A stretch of DNA of 64,000 nt from Candidatus Fermentibacteraceae bacterium. GTDB taxonomy: Bacteria > Fermentibacterota > Fermentibacteria > Fermentibacterales > JCC-6. The notes beneath the pieces were generated by a model, which saw nothing but the letters and a program-made list of their open reading frames with translations, had not been told where the DNA came from and did not search any database. Positions 27,597-36,876 of this stretch are shown here, one piece after another (the first letter of the stretch is position 1; the number at the start of each line of letters is the position of its first letter). Position numbers and translations under genes: made by a program. The DNA lies in contig JBGSZS010000009.1 of the NCBI GenBank assembly GCA_041750285.1, forward strand, positions 1 through 64,000, given 5' to 3'.

Positions 27597-30492
27597 CAAG
27601 CCGTCCCGTGACAGGATAAAGGCCGAAACGGCCCGGAGCGTCATCGTTGAGGCAAGCGCCGGGACAGGAAAAACCACCCTTCTCACCGAACGCGTGGCCA
27701 ATCTCGTCCTGCATGAGGGCATTCCGCTGGCGAACCTCGCCGTGGTCACGTTTACCGAAGCGGCAGCTGCCGAACTCAGGGTGAGGATAAGGGCGGCCCT
27801 CCATGGAAAGGGCGGGGGAATGGGAGCCGCATGGATAACCACAATCCACGGCTTCGCATCCAGGGTATTGAAGGAGTACCCTCACCTGACTGATGCCAAC
27901 CCTGATTTCTCGGTTGAAGCAAGTCACTTCACCGGCAGGGAACAGAGGATGCTGTGGGATTCGAGTCTGGCATGCCTGAAGGCCGAAGATGCTGCTGAAT
28001 GCATGCCGGCTCTGGTCAGTCCGGGCTCGGAATCCCTCCGCGAACTGGCGTCCAGGCTCGAGCCTCTCCGCTGGATCGACGGCATCGGGGTTTTTGGGGA
28101 TCATTCCGAAGCGCTTGCGGAAGGCCGGCGAGAAGTCCTTTCCCGCTTGATCGAACTGGCCGCGAGATGTACAGAACATTCAGACCTGCTTTACAGGGAG
28201 ATGGCACCTGTTATTGAAACGCTCGCCCGGGGCGGAGGGTTAAAAGACATTGGGGTGATCAAATGCAACGTCGGGAAGGCTCAGGGATGGGGGAACAAGG
28301 AAACACTGAACGAAGTGAAGGCCGGGGCCAAACTCCTCAACGCAGGTCTTGACCGTCTGCGGGGCATCGAGGCCTATTCCACAATCGTCCCGGCGATCTC
28401 GAAGATCGTCATCCCCTGTGCACTGAACGCGAGAAGGCTCTGGGACAGTGACAAAACGCGCCTTTCCTACGATGACCTGCTGCATCTCGCCCACGCTGCG
28501 GTCCATCGAAGCCCCGACCTCCGGGAAGCCCTCTCACAGAGATTCAGGCACATCCTCATCGATGAGTTCCAGGACACGAGCCTCCTGCAGGCCAGGCTGT
28601 TCCTGGGTTTTCTTGCCTCATGCGGCCTGGACGGGCGCCTGACGATAGTCGGAGACCCGAAACAGTCGATCTACGGCTGGAGGAGCGCCGACATCGAGAC
28701 CTACAGGGACACGGTTGATTTCGTGCAACGCGCGGGCGCCCTCAAGGAAACCATATCCACCAGTTTCAGGTCGTGCCGGGCTGTGATCGACTTCGTGAAC
28801 GCCTTCGGAACCGCCCTGTTCGAGTCTGTTCCAGACGAGGAGAAGCCGTTCCTTCCCGAATACTCTCCGCTTCTGCCCGCTCCTGGGGCTGAGGAAGGCA
28901 CAAAGCCCCATGTCATTAGGCTTCCCCTTCCTTCCCGGGACGGTCCAGCCGCAGAGTACAAGGGCAGGGTTCAGGCCGAGGCAGTCGCCGACATGCTGGC
29001 CGGTGAAAGGTACGGCGACTGGGCCGTGCTCTTCAGGGCAACCACACGTCTGGAGGAGCTTGTCGAGGCCCTGGACAGCCGGAACATCCCCTACACGGTC
29101 GAGGCTGGAAGGGATTTCAAGGAAAGACCGGAAGTCAGCGATACGGCCATGCTGATTCGGGCAGTCACCGACCCCGATGACAGGAGAGCCTGGGTGCATA
29201 CTCTCCGTTCCCTCTACTTCGGTCTTGACGACATCACGATAAGTCATGCCCTCCTCGACCGGCCGACCCGGGAGGTCCAGGAAGCCAACGGCGTGCTGCG
29301 CGGGCTGCGCGAAGCGGCATCGAACCTTTCGCCGGGTTTGTTCATCGAGACCGTTTTCCGAACCACATGCATCACTGAAGCAGTCCGGGCGAGCGGCTTC
29401 GAGGTGAACCGGAGGCTTTCGAACCTGAGAAGCATCCTTGAGCGGGCCAGGGCATGCAATGGCATGGATCAGCTCCTCGATGTTCTCGTCGGCGCATCGA
29501 GCATCTCCTCCGAGGAACCGTCGGCGTCCCCCGAAGGCGGTGACTCGGTCACCCTCAGCACCATTCACAGGGCAAAGGGGCTCACCTGGAACAACGTGAT
29601 CCTTCTCAACCCAGGAAGGGGAGGCAGCCCTCAAGGAACTTCGCTTCTCACCGATCCCAGATCATCCGAAGCCGCAATGGGGCTGGGAGAGGGAAAGAGC
29701 CCGTATTTCGCGAGGCTCTCGGCCCGGGAGAAGGCACGGGCGAACGCTGAGTTCAGACGCCTTCTGTACGTGGCTGTCACCCGCCCCCGAAAAAGGCTCG
29801 TCATCTTTTCCGATGCCGACGAGAAGCTCGCGGGGCATGCGTTCGTTCTTCGGGAGGCGCTCTCGGGAGCCGAAGGTTTTTACACCGAGGAAACACCCTC
29901 CCCCCTTGATCTGAGTTCACTGCACCGTGCGCAATGCCCCCCCGCGTTCCGACCCGAGGCCTCCTTCACCGTTCCGGACCGGCGGTTTCCCGAGTCTGAA
30001 AAGGGAGCGAAAGCAATGCGACTGGGAACAGAGGTGCACGGACTGCTCGAGAAGATCGACCTGAACTCTCCGGAAGCGTGGCTTGAAAGCAATCTTCACC
30101 TTCTGAGAGGGGAGATGGAGTTCCCCGACCAGGCGGCTGGTCTTGCCATGGCGTTTTTCAGAACACCCCTGCCCTTCAGCCTTGCCGACGCCCGTATGGT
30201 TGGCAGGGAGTACCCTCTGCTGTCAAGCGGAAGGATCCTTTACGTCGACCTGCTTCTGGACATGGGAAACCGTCTTGAGGTCATCGACTTCAAGACTGAC
30301 AGCCCGGAAATGATCGGGGCCATGATGCAGGAATACGGGGAGAAACTGGATACCTATGCGGCCACGCTGGAAAAGGTGGTGGGAAAACCTGCTGCGTGCA
30401 GGCTTGTTCTGCTTCAGAACCGGACGTGTGTGACAACAAGGGAGCCCTTCCCCCCGGAGACCCGGGGGGGAGGGCGGGGCGATCAGTCGTAG
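27580..30492 (+). CDS. addA: AddA-like UvrD-family helicase with C-terminal nuclease
   Basis: ASAGTGKT, TFTEAAAAEL, TIHGF, IDEFQDTS, VGDPKQSIYGWR, TIHRAKGL, LYVAVTR, VDLL...IDFKT. Confidence 0.85.
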   Translation: MLDPPDKPSRDRIKAETARSVIVEASAGTGKTTLLTERVANLVLHEGIPLANLAVVTFTEAAAAELRVRIRAALHGKGGGMGAAWITTIHGFASRVLKEYPHLTDANPDFSVEASHFTGREQRMLWDSSLACLKAEDAAECMPALVSPGSESLRELASRLEPLRWIDGIGVFGDHSEALAEGRREVLSRLIELAARCTEHSDLLYREMAPVIETLARGGGLKDIGVIKCNVGKAQGWGNKETLNEVKAGAKLLNAGLDRLRGIEAYSTIVPAISKIVIPCALNARRLWDSDKTRLSYDDLLHLAHAAVHRSPDLREALSQRFRHILIDEFQDTSLLQARLFLGFLASCGLDGRLTIVGDPKQSIYGWRSADIETYRDTVDFVQRAGALKETISTSFRSCRAVIDFVNAFGTALFESVPDEEKPFLPEYSPLLPAPGAEEGTKPHVIRLPLPSRDGPAAEYKGRVQAEAVADMLAGERYGDWAVLFRATTRLEELVEALDSRNIPYTVEAGRDFKERPEVSDTAMLIRAVTDPDDRRAWVHTLRSLYFGLDDITISHALLDRPTREVQEANGVLRGLREAASNLSPGLFIETVFRTTCITEAVRASGFEVNRRLSNLRSILERARACNGMDQLLDVLVGASSISSEEPSASPEGGDSVTLSTIHRAKGLTWNNVILLNPGRGGSPQGTSLLTDPRSSEAAMGLGEGKSPYFARLSAREKARANAEFRRLLYVAVTRPRKRLVIFSDADEKLAGHAFVLREALSGAEGFYTEETPSPLDLSSLHRAQCPPAFRPEASFTVPDRRFPESEKGAKAMRLGTEVHGLLEKIDLNSPEAWLESNLHLLRGEMEFPDQAAGLAMAFFRTPLPFSLADARMVGREYPLLSSGRILYVDLLLDMGNRLEVIDFKTDSPEMIGAMMQEYGEKLDTYAATLEKVVGKPAACRLVLLQNRTCVTTREPFPPETRGGGRGDQS

Positions 30493-32084
30493 AGCGAGAA
30501 GGACTGCTCTTCGCTCAGCCTTTCCAGGCGCTGGAACGAAACGATGATGGTGCCGTCAGGGCTTCCGGCGTAGGTTTCGACCCTGAGAAGGGCTTCACCC
30601 AGCTGTCCCGCAGTGGGAATGAACTCGATGTACGAATTGAACCCCTCACCACCGTCATCGTCGGAAAGCTCGGAACCGTCGGCGAATGTAACGGTGATCA
30701 TGGCGTCCAGGTCTTCGCTCTCGGCGGAGATCGAGTAGTTGTACCCACCCACCATGTTCAGCGTAAAAAGCCCTATTGGAGCGGCTGGGACAAGCGTCAG
30801 TTCGTGAACGCCCCCGGCGGCAAGAGCAACCGGCTCAGGAAGGCTCTCTTCGCCCGATTCCACAACAAAGGTCACCGCCGTATGGGAGGATTCATCGTAG
30901 GGCGCCACGATGGCAAGGTAGGTACCGGGTTCGAGGTCAAGCATGAGGGAGGGGTTCCAGCCGTCGTAGTCGTCGTTGTAGTCAATGCAGCGGGCGTCTT
31001 CAGGGCTTTCGTAGCCAAGCAGGGTCAGGGTGCAGTCAATGTCCGACACGGCTGAGATCTCGTACAGCCCCTGCTCCTCTACCACGAACCCGAAGGCGGA
31101 GACAGGCGTGGAAGCCATAATGCCCGAGCAGTGCCACTCATCGTTGATTCCGGGCCAGAAGGATATCGCCATCTCTTCACCCGAGATGAATCCTTCACCC
31201 GAACCGGGAACCCCTACCCATGATATCTCGCCGTCACCGATCTCTGCCGGCGACACGGAAAGACTGAAGGGGCTGTCGTCGCTGCCGGAATAGGAGTTAA
31301 CCACAACACCGTACGATCCGGGTTCGAGGTCAAGCATCAGCCGCGAGTTCCAGTCCATTCCGCCGTCGTCATTCATGGCCAGGTAATCCATCCTGCCACG
31401 GTCGATGGAAACCACCAGCATGTATGGATCGAACTCGTCGGAATCCAGGGCGATTGCATGGTAGCCCCCGGTGGTCACTGAGAACGGGACGAGAATGGCG
31501 CTCTCCCAGTCCGAAACGTAGATCTCCGAATCGTCCAGCTCCTCTATCAGCTCTTCCATGCAGTCGTTGCCCTTGTCTTCTAGAAGGAACGACTCCATGA
31601 GTCCAGTGGCCAGCGTCGCACCGATGGTCCAATCCTCAAGGTCTCCCGCAGTGCCCTCGCTGACCGAGACTGTCACGCTCCCCCGGTCGCCGTTGAGGCC
31701 CCACACAAGGACCCTTGCGCCGGACGGCACCTCCCCCAGCACGATCCTGCTGTCGACCGAGCCGTCCCAGTCGTCGTTCACAGCCAGAACGGCGCCATCC
31801 TTGTCGACTACCGCCATTACAGGATCGAACCTGCCCGAAGCAGCAGCCTCCACGACTGTGATGCCGCCGGATTTGAGTTTGAGTTCAGCGCACGGGAAAT
31901 CATCCTCGACCGGGATCCCCGCTGTCAGGAAAACAGCCTCGGAATCGACGATGACATCTTCAAGCCCGGGGTCGGCGGCGGTGATCTCGACTTCGGCCGT
32001 TTTGCCGGGACCAAGCCCCCCGTCGAGAAAACACCCGGAAAGGAGCAGAGCCGCCAGGATGAACGGCAGTGAGGTTCTTGTCAT
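30483..32084 (-). CDS. Acidic lipoprotein with four PPC-like (pre-peptidase C-terminal) repeats
   Basis: MTRTSLPFILAALLLSGC lipobox from ATG 32084. Four D(P/C/A)...(N/D)DD...S repeats. Confidence 0.75.
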   Translation of the reverse strand: MTRTSLPFILAALLLSGCFLDGGLGPGKTAEVEITAADPGLEDVIVDSEAVFLTAGIPVEDDFPCAELKLKSGGITVVEAAASGRFDPVMAVVDKDGAVLAVNDDWDGSVDSRIVLGEVPSGARVLVWGLNGDRGSVTVSVSEGTAGDLEDWTIGATLATGLMESFLLEDKGNDCMEELIEELDDSEIYVSDWESAILVPFSVTTGGYHAIALDSDEFDPYMLVVSIDRGRMDYLAMNDDGGMDWNSRLMLDLEPGSYGVVVNSYSGSDDSPFSLSVSPAEIGDGEISWVGVPGSGEGFISGEEMAISFWPGINDEWHCSGIMASTPVSAFGFVVEEQGLYEISAVSDIDCTLTLLGYESPEDARCIDYNDDYDGWNPSLMLDLEPGTYLAIVAPYDESSHTAVTFVVESGEESLPEPVALAAGGVHELTLVPAAPIGLFTLNMVGGYNYSISAESEDLDAMITVTFADGSELSDDDGGEGFNSYIEFIPTAGQLGEALLRVETYAGSPDGTIIVSFQRLERLSEEQSFSLYD

Positions 32085-32187
32085 GGTTCCCTCCCTTTTC
32101 CATGCTGCGTTTGCTGCGAAAGATATCCTGAAGCCCGCAATGAGGCCTTGTATCAATAACCCCGGGTGATGGTTTTGAAAAGCCGTC

Positions 32188-32219
32188 AAAAATGGAACCG
32201 GGGCGCCGAAGCGCCCCGG
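32188..32219 (-). terminator. Rho-independent terminator after the C25 peptidase gene
   Basis: Minus strand CCGGGGCGC-TTCG-GCGCCCCGG followed by TTCCATTTT. Confidence 0.75.
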
Positions 32220-32240
32220 AGCTGCAGGAATGGAAGGAAC

Positions 32241-34181
32241 CTAGCGGACCAGTGTAACCTTTGCCGTGGCTATCTGGCCGCCCTGGGTGAGCCTGAGGAA
32301 GTACACGCCGGTGCCAAGATCCTGGTTGTTCCAGGTGATGGTTGCCTGACCGTCAAGGTTGCCCTGGAAGGGTCTGGACACGAGACGGCCCGCTATGTCG
32401 TAGACCGAAAGAGAGGCGGGACCGCCCAGGCCGGACATGTGAACGGGAACCGTTCCCGACACGGGGTTGGAAACGGACACGGTGATGGGAGCAAGGAACG
32501 CGCCCTCTGACTCGGTTTCGATGCCGGTCATGGGCCAGGTCTTGGTCATCACGCTGGGGTCGCCGAAGAGGTGGTAGGCCTCGTAGTAGTATTTGGTGCT
32601 GCCGCCTCCGGAGTAGTAGGTGAACACGGCGAGAAGGCCGCCGTTCATGTAACCCATGGGCCAGTGAACGTCGTCACCCAGGAAAAAGTCGTACTCGCCC
32701 CTCTGCTGAACATCGTCCTCGTTCCAGTAGGTGCTGGGCCAGCTGCCCCAGAAGTAGAGGCCGCCCCTTCCCGGTGTGCGTGTCCAGGTTTCGGCCCAGC
32801 AGGTGCCCACGTTGTACTGCCCCGTATTGCAGGCGTGTGAAAGAACGCCCGGGAACATGCCGTCGTTGGTGAGCTGGTTGAAGTCGGATGAGCCGAAGCT
32901 CATGTCGGCCCAGCTCGTGCTGCTGCCATGACCGCTGAAGGTGATCATGGAAACGCCGGCGTTGATCGCGGTGACTGCCTGGGCGGCCGTTCCGCCTGAG
33001 TGGGGGTAGACCTTGGTGCTCAGGTAACCGCGGGGGGTGGCATAGGTGTCGATGCAGAAGTTGTGGGTGCCCTCGGTGATGTTGTAGTTGTCGCTTGAGG
33101 CAATCCAGAGAAGCTTCTGGACCCAGCCAAGCACGCCGACAGTGTTTTCGTAGTCGATCACCCTCTGAGCCATGAGGACGGTCTGCCCGGTGTTCTGAAC
33201 GCTGAAGCGGCCGATGAACGCGTCGGGGATGTAACCGCCGTCGTCGAGGGCAACGTAGTAAAGATCCGTGCTTCCGCCGGTTGCCGTGGCAGGCATGCCG
33301 GGTACGTACTCAATGTCACCCACCAGAAGAACGTATACAGGTGGATTCGTCCAGGTTTCGATGGCATTGTGGATGTAGCTCTGGATCTGGGTGGCGGTTG
33401 AGCCGGTCACTGAGAGGTCCACCATGGTCACATCGAAGCCGAGGGCTTCCTTGTGGGCAACGAAAGCGTTCATGCCGGTGGTCACGAAGTCGGAATGGCC
33501 GATGATGAGGTAGGGCGCCGGAGGAGTGTCGAGACCGGACTCAAAGGTGCCGTAGTTCGCGGTGAAGCTTGCGAGGAGAGTGTCGAACTCGTTGCAGGCC
33601 ATGCGGCGGGCGCTGTCGTAGCTTCTGCCGATGTCGCCGCCCGTGAAGACGAGATCGATGTCGGCCGAAGAGAGGAAGGTGAAGCCGCCGGAGGGGTCCC
33701 ACCGAACGGGCGTGACTTCGATCATGGCAAGGTTCCGTCCCCGCATCTCGCCGGCGTAGACAACCCTCACCCAGTCGGAGGGGTAGGGAGTACCCTGTGA
33801 GTATACCGAAGGGTCGTGCACCACTGTGAAACTGTCACGCGGACGGCTTTTTTCCGCGCTGATGACCGCGGGTTCAACGGGAAGCCCGGTGCCGTCGAAG
33901 GTCTCGATCCTGTTTTCGTTGACGCTGACATCAACCGTGGCGCCGATGGGGATCTCGATCCAGGTGCGGTAGACCGGAAGCCTGGGAAAACCGGCTTCGG
34001 AAAGGTTCACGGCATCATCAAGCGTAACGGTTGCGTACTGCACGCCGCGCATGAAAACGGTTCCGAACTGCGGAACAGCGGCCGTGAGCGAAATGCTCAT
34101 GCCTTCCGCGGAACTTTCGGTGACGGTGATTCCGGCAAAACCGGCCGCCGCCGCAAGAACAAGAACAGCAAGAATTTTCAA
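32241..34181 (-). CDS. Gingipain-like C25 cysteine peptidase with propeptide and T9SS C-terminal domain
   Basis: TTG start with AAGGAG upstream; propeptide GFPRLP; YVLLVGD, IGRFS; catalytic FSGHG and HACNTG; LFGDP; C-terminal YDIAGRLV...GVYFLRL. Confidence 0.9.
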   Translation of the reverse strand: MKILAVLVLAAAAGFAGITVTESSAEGMSISLTAAVPQFGTVFMRGVQYATVTLDDAVNLSEAGFPRLPVYRTWIEIPIGATVDVSVNENRIETFDGTGLPVEPAVISAEKSRPRDSFTVVHDPSVYSQGTPYPSDWVRVVYAGEMRGRNLAMIEVTPVRWDPSGGFTFLSSADIDLVFTGGDIGRSYDSARRMACNEFDTLLASFTANYGTFESGLDTPPAPYLIIGHSDFVTTGMNAFVAHKEALGFDVTMVDLSVTGSTATQIQSYIHNAIETWTNPPVYVLLVGDIEYVPGMPATATGGSTDLYYVALDDGGYIPDAFIGRFSVQNTGQTVLMAQRVIDYENTVGVLGWVQKLLWIASSDNYNITEGTHNFCIDTYATPRGYLSTKVYPHSGGTAAQAVTAINAGVSMITFSGHGSSTSWADMSFGSSDFNQLTNDGMFPGVLSHACNTGQYNVGTCWAETWTRTPGRGGLYFWGSWPSTYWNEDDVQQRGEYDFFLGDDVHWPMGYMNGGLLAVFTYYSGGGSTKYYYEAYHLFGDPSVMTKTWPMTGIETESEGAFLAPITVSVSNPVSGTVPVHMSGLGGPASLSVYDIAGRLVSRPFQGNLDGQATITWNNQDLGTGVYFLRLTQGGQIATAKVTLVR

Positions 34182-34295
34182 GGCATCTCCTTTTTCTTTG
34201 AAGAACCGCTCAGACTGCGGTGGTGAATAAAAAATCACATCAAGGGTTGTAGATTTCTATAATAGGGAAAGTTCCAACCCGGGTAAAGGAGTTTC

Positions 34296-36395
34296 GTGAA
34301 AGCTGTTTTTACATTGCTTCTACTCCTTGCCGTTTCGGGAGAGCTGCATGGGGGGGACGGCATAGCCCTGGTATTGTCGGGGGGAGGCGCCCGTGGGCTC
34401 TCGCACATAGGTGTGCTGATGGCGCTTGAAGAGGAGGGCGTTCCCATCGCAGCGCTTGCGGGCACCAGCATGGGTGCCCTGCTCGCAGGGTTGTACGCCT
34501 GCGGCTACAGCGCTTCACAGCTCGACAGCATCGCGGAAAGCGTCGACTGGGACCGCCTGTTCAGCTCCACCCCCGATGCCCGGATGGCGCTGCTGCCGGA
34601 CAGGATCAGAGGCAGGCAGGACCTTGTAACCCTCAATCTCAGGGGCCTGATGCCCGTCATACCGTCCAGCGCGATCTCCAACATGCGCGTGGGTCTTCTT
34701 CTTTCATCACTGACGGGCCCCCTGCAGGTGCTGCGGGGGTCCTCTTTCGATTCGCTTCCGATCCCCCTCAGGGTTGTGGCGGTCGACATCCCCTCCTGCA
34801 GACGGGTCATGTTCCGTTCGGGTGACCTTTCCAGGGCGCTGCTGGCAAGCATGGCAATACCCGCCGCCTTTCCTGCGGTAAGGGACGGGGACATGCTGCT
34901 TGTGGACGGCGGCATTTTCGACAATCTCCCGGTCGACGCAGCGGCAAAGGCCTGGCCTGACCTGCCGGCCCTCGCCGTCGACGTGGGTTCACCCTACCCC
35001 GATTCGTTCCCCGATGAACCCTCGCTGCTCGACATGGGTGGCTTTGTTTTCGACGCGATGTCGAAAAGGGTGAACGACCAGCACATGGCGGAGCCGGAAT
35101 GGTATTTCCGTCCCGACCTGGGAGACACGAAACTGTGGAGCTTCGACTCACTCGACAGCCTTGTGCATTGGGGCTACACACAGACAATTGACTGGCTTGC
35201 ACAGAATCCCGACATTCCCCGCGGAGCCCCTCCACGTGAGCCCTTCACAGCTCCGGTCTACACGCTGAGAAACCTTCTCATTGCCGGCAACCGAAGGGTT
35301 TCTTTTTCAGCGGTGAGCGCCTGGCTCCTTCTCGAAAGGGGCGATTCAATACTGCCATCGACTGTTCGGGACGCCTCCGAGGAGCTGTACGCCTCGAATC
35401 TCTTCGAAAGCCTCAGGTTCAGGATGTACCCGGGCGACACTTCCAACAACGTTGACATCGCATTCACCCTGAAGGAGAAAAACCCGGCATCCCTTGGCAT
35501 AGGGCTGACATACCACAGTGACTACGGTCTCGACGGAAGGATAACGATCGACCACCGCAACACATTCAACCGTGGAATGACCGGGATCATCAATGCGGGA
35601 GGGGGCGACAACTACGCTTTCCTCGAGGGATCGCTGAACACCGGGGCGGGGCGGGGCTATCTTCGCCTCGAGGGAAGCATGTACCAGATCAAGGCCGGGG
35701 AGCCGAGCCGTGACGGAACATCTCCCGAACGCATATGGGCCGACCACCACCTTTCCCTTTCTTCGGGCCGAACCGTATCCTGGTTCGGGCTGACGGAAAC
35801 GGGCATCGGCTGGTTCGGCCGCCGGTACAGCGGTTTCTCCCGCGAGGGTTTCCCGGCCGTTTTCCTGAGGGCTACCGCTGACACAAGGGAGAATCCCTCC
35901 GCAATGGCGCCGGGAACTTCGTTATCCCTTGGCTTTACGGTCTGTCCCCAACCCAGTCACCGGCACAACATGTTCACCTGGAATTTCGAAGGCATGGCTG
36001 AGACCGGATACGGTTTCACCTCCGGCCTTGCCACCTGGGGCCAGATCCTGACGGGGCGGAACTACTCATGGCAGGACTCCCGCTGCACGTCTGAGTGCTC
36101 CATCCCGGGCTACAGGTGGAATTCACTTCCCACAAGACAGAGGACCGCCGCGAGCGTGCTGCTGCAGCATAAACTGGTGGGACCGGTCAACGCCGGTCTC
36201 ACAGCCGCCGCAACCTGGGACTACGAAACGATCCGTACCCCCAGTGACGGTGTCCTTCACTACGGCGTGGGGGCTTATCTTCAGATGAACGTGCCGGGTG
36301 GATCAGCAAAACTCTCCGTTGGGCTTCCCGATGAAGGCTCCATGCGCTGGACAGTCTCAATGGGAAGCGATTACTCGTTCGGACCGGGAAGGTAG
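34296..36395 (+). CDS. Patatin-like phospholipase with POTRA domain and beta-barrel (PlpD/type Vd-like)
   Basis: LSGGGARG, GTSMG, ASMAIP, VDGG; POTRA-like IAGNRRV...LYASNLF; barrel-like C-terminal half. Confidence 0.85.
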   Translation: MKAVFTLLLLLAVSGELHGGDGIALVLSGGGARGLSHIGVLMALEEEGVPIAALAGTSMGALLAGLYACGYSASQLDSIAESVDWDRLFSSTPDARMALLPDRIRGRQDLVTLNLRGLMPVIPSSAISNMRVGLLLSSLTGPLQVLRGSSFDSLPIPLRVVAVDIPSCRRVMFRSGDLSRALLASMAIPAAFPAVRDGDMLLVDGGIFDNLPVDAAAKAWPDLPALAVDVGSPYPDSFPDEPSLLDMGGFVFDAMSKRVNDQHMAEPEWYFRPDLGDTKLWSFDSLDSLVHWGYTQTIDWLAQNPDIPRGAPPREPFTAPVYTLRNLLIAGNRRVSFSAVSAWLLLERGDSILPSTVRDASEELYASNLFESLRFRMYPGDTSNNVDIAFTLKEKNPASLGIGLTYHSDYGLDGRITIDHRNTFNRGMTGIINAGGGDNYAFLEGSLNTGAGRGYLRLEGSMYQIKAGEPSRDGTSPERIWADHHLSLSSGRTVSWFGLTETGIGWFGRRYSGFSREGFPAVFLRATADTRENPSAMAPGTSLSLGFTVCPQPSHRHNMFTWNFEGMAETGYGFTSGLATWGQILTGRNYSWQDSRCTSECSIPGYRWNSLPTRQRTAASVLLQHKLVGPVNAGLTAAATWDYETIRTPSDGVLHYGVGAYLQMNVPGGSAKLSVGLPDEGSMRWTVSMGSDYSFGPGR

Positions 36396-36397
36396 AC

Positions 36398-36739
36398 ATG
36401 AAGGTATTGCGCAGACCGGGCATCAGACCGGCAAGAGTCATGGAGGATGGGGCATCGGGAGTCAGCGAGGCGCTGATCGCGGACCAGGCGTCAGGCTGCG
36501 GCAGGTTCAGCGCCAGAAAAGTCTTCATTTCGGCCGGGGGCAGGACTGCCCGTTTCGGCTCGGCGGCGGGAACGCTGCTTGCCCTCCTTGAAGGCACAGC
36601 CGGGATCGCTTCGCCCGATGGGGGGCTTGAGATCATTCTCCCGGGAGATTCCGTTGTCCTAGCCGCAGGTGAAGAGTGCAGGGTGATCAATCACGGGGAT
36701 GACAGGGCTGTCATTCTGAAGGTGGAGGGTATTCGATGA
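36398..36739 (+). CDS. Cupin-fold protein
   Basis: ISAGGRT...LLEGTAGI...ILPGDSVVLAAGEECRVIN cupin pattern; metal-binding His residues absent. Confidence 0.65.
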   Translation: MKVLRRPGIRPARVMEDGASGVSEALIADQASGCGRFSARKVFISAGGRTARFGSAAGTLLALLEGTAGIASPDGGLEIILPGDSVVLAAGEECRVINHGDDRAVILKVEGIR

Positions 36740-36870
36740 GCAGGCTGGTCGCTCTGATTCTGGCGCTGGCGGTTCTTGGTGCCGCATGCGGAAACGAAGG
36801 CCCCGAGGCCGCGGGCGAATCGGTTCCGAGGGTTTCGCAGCCGCAGGACACAACGGACGCGGGTGACTGA
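36736..36870 (+). CDS. Small lipoprotein (44 aa), not in ORF track
   Basis: MSRLVALILALAVLGAACGNEGPEAAGESVPRVSQPQDTTDAGD; GGAGG upstream; ATGA overlap with the cupin stop; GAAC lipobox-like. Confidence 0.65.
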   Translation: MSRLVALILALAVLGAACGNEGPEAAGESVPRVSQPQDTTDAGD

Positions 36871-36876
36871 TTCGTC

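Noticed and set aside
24957..30492. Helicase plus PD-(D/E)XK nuclease pair as a novel defence system or Cas4-linked module
   Set aside because: Gene order, sizes, motifs and the four-Cys staple fit ordinary AddAB recombination-repair enzymes. No cas genes or array are nearby.
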